Position numbers and translations under genes: made by a program
Part shown: piece by piece, positions 1 through 7,800 of the stretch
Layout: each line of letters begins with the position of its first letter
How positions within the stretch are numbered: the stretch's first letter is position 1
Assembly: GCA_030039975.1 (NCBI GenBank)
Contig: JASHUO010000152.1
Coordinates: forward strand, 1-29,906
Direction of reading: 5' to 3'
Length of the DNA: 29,906 nucleotides
Source of the DNA: Alphaproteobacteria bacterium
GTDB lineage: Bacteria; Pseudomonadota; Alphaproteobacteria; ATCC43930; CGMCC-115725
Notes under the pieces: model-generated
What the model was told of the DNA's origin: nothing
What the model saw: the letters and a program-made list of their open reading frames with translations, nothing else
Databases searched by the model: none

Positions 1-331
1 GGAAAGACTCGCCGCACCCGCACCGTCCCTTTTCATTGGGATTGCGGAAGGTGAAGCCCGACTGCAGCTTGTCCTCGACGAAATCCATCTCGGTACCGAT
101 GATGAACATGGTGGCCTTGGGGTCGATCAGGATGGTCACGCCGTTGGTCTCGACCACCTCGTCGAACTTTCCTTTTTCGTCGGCATATTCGAGCGTATAG
201 GTGAGCCCCGAACAGCCGCGCGAGCGCACGCCGACCCGGATCCCGACCGACGGCTTGCCCCGCCGTCCCAACAGCGCCCGGATGCGATCCGCCGCCGCCT
301 CCGTCACCGTCATCGCCTGCCTCAACGCCAT
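1..331 (-). CDS. iscA: A-type Fe-S carrier protein (IscA/SufA/HesB family), last codons cut by window edge
   Basis: Not in the ORF track. Manual translation from ATG 331 (GAGGAG 7 nt upstream): MALRQAMTVTEAAADRIRALLGRRGKPSVGIRVGVRSRGCSGLTYTLEY...FTFRNPNEKGRCGCGESF, with the GCSG and CGCGESF cysteine motifs. IscA versus SufA cannot be separated by eye. Confidence 0.93.
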   Translation of the reverse strand, partial: MALRQAMTVTEAAADRIRALLGRRGKPSVGIRVGVRSRGCSGLTYTLEYADEKGKFDEVVETNGVTILIDPKATMFIIGTEMDFVEDKLQSGFTFRNPNEKGRCGCGESF

Positions 332-395
332 CGCCACACTCCTCGCCCCACCCCTGGATACACCGCCGGCCCCATGCCGGGCAACCCGCCGTCCC

Positions 396-1616
396 TTATG
401 TGGGGGGCGCCGAAGCCGCTGTCATCCTGTCGCCCCGGGCCAGCCGCCGGGCCGCCGAGGCGAGCGTATCGATCGCGAAATCTACTTCTGTTTCAGTGGT
501 ATAGCGGCCCAGCCCGAGGCGCAGCGTGGCGCCGGCCAGCGCCTCCGGCAGGCCCAGCGCGCGCAAGACGTAAGAGGGCTCGATCTCGGTCGCGGTGCAG
601 GCAGAGCCGGTCGACAGCGCCAGGCTCGGACAGGCTTCCATCAGGGCGAGAGCCGGCACGCCGGGAAAGCTCAGATTGAGGTTGCCAGGCAGCCGCCGCT
701 CGGCGTCGCCGTTGAGCTGCAGCTCCGGCAGCCGCGCCTTGAGACCGCTCAAGAAGCGCCAGCGCAGCGCCAGCAGCCGCGCCGCCTCTGCCGCCATCTC
801 CTCGCGCGCCAGCCGCGCCGCGACGCCGAGGCCGACGCACAGCGGCGTCGGCAAGGTGCCCGAGCGCAAGGTCCGCTCCTGCCCGCCGCCGTCGAACAGC
901 GGCTCGAGGCGCGCGCGCGGACGGCGGCGCACATAGAGCGCACCCACGCCCTTGGGCCCGTAGATCTTGTGTCCCGAGATCGACAAGAGATCGATCTGCA
1001 TCGCCTCGACATCGACCGGCACCTTGCCAACCGCTTGCGCCGCGTCGCTGTGGAAGAGGACGCCGCGCGACCGGCACAGCGCGCCGATCTCGGCCAAGGG
1101 CTGCAGCACGCCGATCTCGTTGTTAGCCGCCATCACCGAGACGATTGCGGTGCGCTCATCGATCGCCGCGCAGAGATCGGCGAGATCGACGAAACCCTTG
1201 GCGTTGACCGGCAGCACGGTGACTTTGCAGCCTTCGCGCGCCATCGCCCGCGCGCTCTCGAGCACGCATTTATGCTCGGTCGCCACCGTCACGATGTGGT
1301 CGCGCCCCTGGGCGCGGTGAAAGCGCGCCGCGCCCTTGATCGCGAGATTGTTGGACTCGGTCGCGCCCGAGGTGAAGACGATCTCGCGCGGCTCGGCGCC
1401 GATGAGGCTCGCGACCTCGGCCCGCGCGGCTTCGACCGCCGCTTCGGCCTCGCGGCCATAGGCGTGCGTCGCCGAATGCGGATTGCCGAATTTCTCGGTG
1501 AACCAGGGCAGCATCTCCGCGAGCACGCGCTTGTCGACCGGCGTTGTCGACTGGTAGTCGAGATAGATCGGCGCGGCGTTCGGCCGGCGCTGCTGGCGGG
1601 CGACGGAGGCGGTCAT
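396..1616 (-). CDS. iscS: Cysteine desulfurase, IscS-like (406 aa)
   Basis: IYLDYQSTTP, FTSGATESNN, PLP-lysine motif SGHKIYGPKG, catalytic loop STGSACT. Start at ATG 1616 overlaps the upstream stop (ATGA); the longer ORF-track start at 2237 overlaps the upstream gene. Confidence 0.92.
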   Translation of the reverse strand: MTASVARQQRRPNAAPIYLDYQSTTPVDKRVLAEMLPWFTEKFGNPHSATHAYGREAEAAVEAARAEVASLIGAEPREIVFTSGATESNNLAIKGAARFHRAQGRDHIVTVATEHKCVLESARAMAREGCKVTVLPVNAKGFVDLADLCAAIDERTAIVSVMAANNEIGVLQPLAEIGALCRSRGVLFHSDAAQAVGKVPVDVEAMQIDLLSISGHKIYGPKGVGALYVRRRPRARLEPLFDGGGQERTLRSGTLPTPLCVGLGVAARLAREEMAAEAARLLALRWRFLSGLKARLPELQLNGDAERRLPGNLNLSFPGVPALALMEACPSLALSTGSACTATEIEPSYVLRALGLPEALAGATLRLGLGRYTTETEVDFAIDTLASAARRLARGDRMTAASAPPT

Positions 1617-2725
1617 GCGGCGTTCGCCCGGCTGCGCGCGTGGAGCGCGCCCCAGGCCTCCACGAGCTGGTCGATCTCGGCCTCTTCCGTGCTCCAGCCG
1701 AGGCTGATGCGGACCGCACTCTCCGCCGCTTCGGCCGGCACGCCCATCGCTTCGAGCACGGCGCTCCGGCGCACCTTCCCCGACGAGCAAGCGGCGCCGG
1801 CGCTGACCATGACGCCGGCAAGATCGAGCGCCATCACCTGGGTCGAAGCAGGGACACCGGGCATGCCGATCGCCAGCGTGTTGGGAAGTCGCGCCACGTG
1901 CCGAGCATAGATCGGCGCCTCGGGGGCAATCTCGGCGAGCCGCCGCTCCGCCCAATCGCGCAGCCGCGCCACGCCGGCATAGTCCCCGAGCCGATCGACG
2001 GCGATGCGGCAGGCGAGCCCGAAGCCGACGATCCCCGGCAGATTCTCGGTGCCGGCGCGGCGGCCGCGCTCCTGGCCGCCCCCGGTCCGGAGCGCGGTGA
2101 GCGCGACGCCATCGGCGATCGCGAGCGCGCCGACGCCTTGCGGCCCGCCAAGCTTGTGCGCGGAAAGGCTCAGGAGATCGGCACCGAGCGCCCGCATCTC
2201 GACCGGAATCTTGCCCGCCGCCTGGACCGCGTCGCAATGGAGGAGCGCGCCATGGGCATGCGCGAGCTTCGCCGCTTCCGCCACCGGCTGAAGGGCGCCG
2301 GTCTCGTTATTGGCGAGCATCAGCGACACCAGCGTCGGCCGCCGCTCCGCGGCGAGCAACCGCTCGAGCGCGGCGAGATCGACGATACCCGCTTCTGTCG
2401 CCGGAATGAGCGTCGCCGCGCTCGCCGCCTGGCGCACGGAATCATGCTCGAGGGCCGAAACCAAGAGGCGCCGGCCGGCAACACCGTGCAAGGCGAGCTG
2501 ATTCGCCTCGGTGCCGCCGCTGGTGAAGACGATCTCTGCCGGCGCGGCACCGATCAGCGCCGCCACGTGCGCACGCGCCGCCTCGAGCGCCTGGCGCGCG
2601 GCGCGGCCGAAGCGATGCACCGAAGAGGGATTGCCGCAGCGCGCCAACGCCTCGGTCATCGCGGCGGCGACTTCCGCCCGCACCGGCGCCGTGGCGTTCC
2701 AATCGAGATAGGCGGTGCGCGGCAT
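1613..2725 (-). CDS. Cysteine desulfurase, NifS-like group I (370 aa)
   Basis: AYLDWNATAP, FTSGGTEAN, SAHKLGGPQG, SAGAACSSG. ATG 2725 lies 13 nt after the iscR stop. Confidence 0.92.
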   Translation of the reverse strand: MPRTAYLDWNATAPVRAEVAAAMTEALARCGNPSSVHRFGRAARQALEAARAHVAALIGAAPAEIVFTSGGTEANQLALHGVAGRRLLVSALEHDSVRQAASAATLIPATEAGIVDLAALERLLAAERRPTLVSLMLANNETGALQPVAEAAKLAHAHGALLHCDAVQAAGKIPVEMRALGADLLSLSAHKLGGPQGVGALAIADGVALTALRTGGGQERGRRAGTENLPGIVGFGLACRIAVDRLGDYAGVARLRDWAERRLAEIAPEAPIYARHVARLPNTLAIGMPGVPASTQVMALDLAGVMVSAGAACSSGKVRRSAVLEAMGVPAEAAESAVRISLGWSTEEAEIDQLVEAWGALHARSRANAA

Positions 2726-2738
2726 CGGATGAGGGCGG

Positions 2739-3209
2739 TTACTGTGCCGCAATCGAGGTTGAGCGCTGCTCGCAATAGAGCGCGCCGCTGCGGCCGAGCA
2801 CGCGCTGCTCGACGACATCGGCCAGCGACACCGAGCTGAGATAGAGATGGATCTGATTGCCGAGCTCCTCCCAGAGGTCATGGGTGAGACATCGGCTCTT
2901 GCTGCCGCGGCAGCCGACCGGCGCGCCAGGCGAACAGCGCGTCGCGCGGATGGGCTCGTCGACCGCGAGGATGACGTCGGAGATGCGCGTTTCCTGCGCC
3001 GGATGACCCAAGAGGTAGCCGCCGCCGGGGCCGCGCACGCTCTTCACCAGACCGGCAATGCGGAGCCGGGCGAAAAGCTGCTCAAGATAGGATAGCGAGA
3101 TCTCCTGCCGCTCGGCGATCTCGGCGAGCGCGATGGGCTCGCCCGTGCTGTGCTTGGCGAGATCGACCATCGCCATCACGGCGTAGCGTCCCTTGGTGCT
3201 GAGCCGCAT
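2739..3209 (-). CDS. iscR: Rrf2-family Fe-S cluster regulator IscR
   Basis: MRLSTKGRYAV...YLEQLF (E43)...VRGPGGGY; putative cluster ligands C92, C100, C107 and H110 (RCLTHDLW); sits directly upstream of the desulfurases. Confidence 0.93.
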   Translation of the reverse strand: MRLSTKGRYAVMAMVDLAKHSTGEPIALAEIAERQEISLSYLEQLFARLRIAGLVKSVRGPGGGYLLGHPAQETRISDVILAVDEPIRATRCSPGAPVGCRGSKSRCLTHDLWEELGNQIHLYLSSVSLADVVEQRVLGRSGALYCEQRSTSIAAQ

Positions 3210-3213
3210 TGCC

Positions 3214-3954
3214 CTATTCCTCCTCGCCCCGCACCAGCGTCGGCCCGGTGCCCGTCTTCAGCAGCGGCTCCGGCTGCTCTTCGAGCTCGGCCTCGAGTTG
3301 CGTCACGCGCGCCCGGAGCGCCTGGACCTCGTCGAGCAGCCCGTTCAAGGCGCGGGCGACGGGGTCGGGGATGTCGTCGCCCGGCGTGCCATAGGGCACG
3401 AATTCTTGCGGCTGTGGCTCCTGCTTCACGTCGCGGTGCTCGCGCGCCAGCACCGTCGAGCGCGGCGCCACCACGCGCGCTCCCGCCGGCACCTCGCTGC
3501 GAACGATGGCGTTCGGGCCGATGCGCGCGCCCTTGCCCACGGTAAAGCCGCCGAGCACCTTGGCGCCGGCGCTGACGATGACACCGTCCTCGATGGTGGG
3601 GTGGCGCTTGCCGCGATGCAGCTTGGTCCCGCCGAGCGTTACGCCCTGATAGAGCGTCACGTCGTCGCCGATCTCCGCGGTTTCACCGATCACCACGCCC
3701 ATGCCGTGATCGATGAAGAGGCGCTTGCCGATCTTGGCGCCGGGATGAATCTCGATGCCGGTGAGGGTGCGGGCAACGGTCGAAATCCACCGCGCCAGCA
3801 CCAGCCAGCGCCGAACCCAGAGCCAATGCGCGAGCCGATAGAACAGCAGGGCATGGAAACCGGGATAGCACAGCACCACCTCAAGCGTGGAACGCGCCGC
3901 GGGGTCGTGCTCGAGGATGGTTGCGATCTCTTCGCGCAGGTTTTTGAAAACCAT
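3214..3954 (-). CDS. cysE: Serine O-acetyltransferase
   Basis: [46 protein letters not shown] hexapeptide-repeat motifs. Confidence 0.96.
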   Translation of the reverse strand: MVFKNLREEIATILEHDPAARSTLEVVLCYPGFHALLFYRLAHWLWVRRWLVLARWISTVARTLTGIEIHPGAKIGKRLFIDHGMGVVIGETAEIGDDVTLYQGVTLGGTKLHRGKRHPTIEDGVIVSAGAKVLGGFTVGKGARIGPNAIVRSEVPAGARVVAPRSTVLAREHRDVKQEPQPQEFVPYGTPGDDIPDPVARALNGLLDEVQALRARVTQLEAELEEQPEPLLKTGTGPTLVRGEEE

Positions 3955-4046
3955 GGGACCCGCTGTGCTATATAGGTTGGATCACCGCCGCCCTCGCGTC
4001 CCGCCGCCGAACCAGCACCCCTCGGACGGCTAGCCGCGATATCGGC

Positions 4047-4075
4047 GATATATGTTGACCTAGTGATTTAGTCAA
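4047..4075 (-). promoter_or_regulatory. Sigma70-type promoter of the cysE-iscR operon (TTGACT-N17-TATATC)
   Basis: On the minus strand, -35 TTGACT at 4075-4070, a 17-nt spacer, and -10 TATATC at 4052-4047. Confidence 0.6.
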
Positions 4076-4079
4076 GTTT
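4055..4079 (-). promoter_or_regulatory. IscR type-1 binding site
   Basis: Minus strand AAACTTGACTAAATCACTAGGTCAA matches 19/25 positions of the type-1 consensus ATASYYGACTRWWWYAGTCRRSTAT (as recalled). AT-rich island in GC-rich DNA, upstream of the iscR operon and overlapping its -35. Confidence 0.7.
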
Positions 4080-4167
4080 AACCAGAGAATGCCGAGCGCT
4101 TCGACAGGGGAAGACCTAGTGCATCACTGGGATTTGGCGGCGGTGCCGCTGCCGGCAGGTTGCAGCC

Positions 4168-4830
4168 ATGCCTGACATCATCATCAACGGGCCCGAAGGC
4201 CGGCTGGAAGGCCGGTACCACCATTCCAAGGAGAACAACGCACCGATTGCTCTCCTTCTTCACCCGCATCCTCAGCATGGCGGGACGATGAACAACAAGG
4301 TGGTCTACACGCTCTATCACGCCTTCGTCCGGCGCGGCTTCTCGGCGCTGCGCTTCAACTTCCGCGGCGTCGGCCGCAGCCAAGGCACCTTCGACCGCGG
4401 CGAGGGCGAGCTCTCCGATGCCGCGGCCGCGCTCGACTGGCTGCAGACCTACAACCCCAACGCCTCGGCCTGCTGGATCGGCGGCTTCTCCTTCGGCGCC
4501 TGGATCGGCATGCAGCTGCTGATGCGCCGGCCGGAGATCGACGGCTTCATCTCGGTGGCGCCGCCGGCCAACCTGTTCGATTTCAGCTTCCTCGCCCCTT
4601 GTCCGGCCTCAGGCCTCATCATCGTCGGCGATCGCGACCAGCTCGTGCCGCAAGAGCCGGTACAGAAGCTCGTGCAAAAGTTGATGCATCAGCGCGACAT
4701 CCAGATCGAGCACCGCGTCATCGCCGGCGCCGACCACTTCTTTGCCGGCCAACTCGACGAGCTGAACGCCATCGTCGAAGAATACGTCGCCGGTGCGCAG
4801 CGGCCGCGCGCCGCGGCAGCCGAGCGATAA
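4168..4830 (+). CDS. Alpha/beta-fold hydrolase of the type commonly found beside alphaproteobacterial Fe-S operons
   Basis: LHPHPQHGGTMNNKVV, nucleophile elbow GFSFG, candidate Asp (GDRD) and His (ADHFF). Confidence 0.9.
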   Translation: MPDIIINGPEGRLEGRYHHSKENNAPIALLLHPHPQHGGTMNNKVVYTLYHAFVRRGFSALRFNFRGVGRSQGTFDRGEGELSDAAAALDWLQTYNPNASACWIGGFSFGAWIGMQLLMRRPEIDGFISVAPPANLFDFSFLAPCPASGLIIVGDRDQLVPQEPVQKLVQKLMHQRDIQIEHRVIAGADHFFAGQLDELNAIVEEYVAGAQRPRAAAAER

Positions 4831-4847
4831 CGCCGCGACCCCCGGAG

Positions 4848-7800
4848 CTACCAGGAAAACCTTATGCCGCCGCGGACCGCTTGGTCGGTCTCGCGCTCCG
4901 ACAGCGTCGCATCGTAACGCAGGTAAAGCGAGAGCGCGGCGCGCGGATTATAGCTCACCTCGGTGCCGAGCAGCGCCGCGTCGCGGCCGGGATTGACGCC
5001 CAAGGTGGTCACGCCGTCCTCGACCAGCTTAGGTGCCGCATCGAGCCATTCATGTCCCCAGCCGACGCTCAGCGCCGGCACCAGCTCTTCGCCGCCATCC
5101 CCGACCACGAAACCCCGCGACAGCCGGGTGCCCAGCGTGGTGCGCAGCGTGTCCATATCCGATGGCGCGATCTGCAGGTCGTTGAAATTGCCGCCGGCTT
5201 CGGTGAAGCCGACCTGGTGATCATGGTCGTAATCGAAACCGAACCGCGGCTCGAGCACGATGCGATAGGCAAGCCGCAACGGATGGCTGACGCCTGCGCC
5301 CAAGCCGACGGCGTAGCCATCGGCGGAGCCGTTGGAGGTCGAGCCGTCGGTCAGCGAATTGACGCGCATCGTGGTCGAGCGGTCGTAGGCCGCCGCCAGG
5401 TTGCCGTCGAACAGAAAGCCGCCCACCCGCCGGCCGGCGTAGAGGCCCGCCGCCCAGGCGTCCAAGCTGCCGTTTTGCGGCATGCCGGTGACCGAGATGC
5501 TGCTGCTGATATAGCCGAGGGCGACGCCGACACGGGTCTGGATGTCGACCGGCGCTTCGAGTCCCGCGGCGATGCCGCCGACGCTGCTGGAGAAGCCGGG
5601 CGCGTTGCTGTCGCCTTGCACGGTGCCGAACTCGCCCAGGCCTTGCGTCCACATGGTGAAAGGCCCGAGCGGCGCGGAGGCGTCGGCGGCCGGATCAGCC
5701 GCGGCGCTCTGCGGTCCGGGAAGCTGCGGCGTCGCTCCGGTAGCCCGGCCCGAGAGCACGCCCTGGATCGCCTGCATGCTCGTCACCGTTGCGGCGGTGG
5801 TTGCCGTCGTGGCATGCGAAGCCGCCTGAGCGATCGCCTGCGCTTGCTCGCTGGCCGGCAGGTTGCCGATGACATTGCCGAGCGTCGCCAGCGGGCTGCC
5901 GACAGGAGCGTTGTTGAAGGCGTTCGCCCAGGTCTGCTCGCCGGCATTTTGCGTCACATAGGCGAAGCTCGAGAGCGTGAGGTCGACCGCGTCGGGCTCG
6001 TAGACCGGCGTGAACACCAGCGAGGCGTTGGTGCTGGTCACCGTACCGAAGCTGCCGGAGACGCCGCCGCTGGCGGTTAGCACGGTGTAGCTCGTGCCGC
6101 GCGCATAGCTGCCGGCATCGAGCAGCAGCGAGAGAGTGCCCGCCAGGCTCGCCTTCCCGGGCGTGCCGCTGACCGCGAGCGTGCTGCTCGTGGTCGGATT
6201 GAGCTCGATCGCCAGCGTCGCCGAGGGCGCCTGCGTGTAGCTGCCATTGATCGACAGCGTGCCGATCGTCCCGCCCGGCGCCACCGTGCCGTTATTGGCG
6301 ACGGCACCGATGACGGTGCCATGGCCGATCAGCGTGCCGGCCGACCCGACCGCGACGGTGCTGGTGAGGCTCGCGCCGGGATTGTTGATGTCGCCAATGG
6401 CGAGCGTGCCGGCGCCGACCGTAGTGTTGCCGACCGAGCTCGTGCCGTTGAGCACAAGCATGCCCGTGCCCTGCTTCACCAGCGTCCCGGCACCGCCACT
6501 GTCGCTGATCGCGCCGCCGAAGGTCGAAACGTTGCCGCCGGCTTCGTTGACGGTGAGCGCGTAGCTGTTGAGCTGCACGAAGGTAGCATTGGCGGCCTCG
6601 CTGCTGAGGCCGTTGATCAGGTTGTTGGCGCCGAGCGCCAAGGTCGCGGTTTGCGCGACGCCGCCGGTGGTGATGGCGCCGCCGACGCGGCCGAGATCGA
6701 CGCCGCTGCTGTTGGCGATAGCGTTGGCGACGCCGAGCGTCAGCGTACCGGCCTCGACCGTGGTCGAGCCTGAATAGGTCTGCACGGCGCCGAGCGTCAG
6801 GTTGCTGTTGCTGGCGGTGATCGCATTGCTGCTGCTGTCGTCCTTGATCAGGCTGCCGGAGAGCATCGCGCCGCTGGCCAGCGCCGCGATGCTGTTGGGG
6901 TTGTTGGGGCCGCCGGAAGCCTGGCCGTCGCTGATCACGCCGGTAAAGGTACCGTTGGTGTTCTGGTCGAAGACCACGGTGCCGCCGGCGTTGATGATGT
7001 TGCCGCCGCTCGGCAGATTGGCCGTCGTCGTGTCCAAAACCGCGCCACTTTCGACGACCGTGCCGCCGGTATAGGTATTGGTGCCGGTGAGTTGCACGGT
7101 GCCGGCGAGAACGTGGAAGACGCCGTTGCCGGAGATGGGGTTATTGAACACCGACCCGGCATTACCGGAGTATTGCAGCTCGCTGTCGTTGTTGAGCACG
7201 ATGCCGTTGGTGCTGGTCGTGGAGAAGACGCCATTGCCGATGCGCAGCGCGCCGTCGTTGACGATGACGGTACTGCCGGTGACCAGGCTTACCGACGCGC
7301 CGGAAATGTCGAGCAATCCCGAGCCGACCTTGGTAATGATGCCGGCCACCGCCGTGCCCGCCGGCGTAATCGGATTACTCGTGTTGCTCGTCGTGCTTGC
7401 CTGGATAATCGAGGACGAAAGTACCTGGTCGGTCGCATCGCCAACCGTGAGCTGGGTGGTTGTGCTGCCGCCGCTGCTGCCGGTCGAGTCGATAAGGATA
7501 TAGCTGTTGTTGCCGTCGCTGTTGAGCTCGGCGATGGTTTGACTCTGGTTGAAGGCGAGGATCGCGGGAGAGGGCGACTTCTTGACGTTCGAGAGCCATA
7601 GGTTGGTGCCCGCGCCCGTCGTGGGAAAGTAGTTAGCGGTCGTGAGCGTTAGCTGACCGGAGTCGATGACAACCGGCCCGCTGGGCCCCGAGGGGCCGCT
7701 GAGCGTCAGCGTTCCCGAACCCGCGAGCGTCAAGCCGCCCGTGCCAGTGATCGTCGAACTGATCGTGCTGCTGCCCTTGGCGTCTATCACCGCCTCGCTC

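Noticed and set aside
396-2237. 613-aa ORF suggesting an N-terminally extended IscS; similar extensions on serA (15984), MaoC (19591), DUF892 (21434), PEBP (26015), DoxX (18586) and PhzF (28143)
   Set aside because: The extensions overlap neighbouring genes or lack homology-like content; downstream starts have RBS or coupling support.
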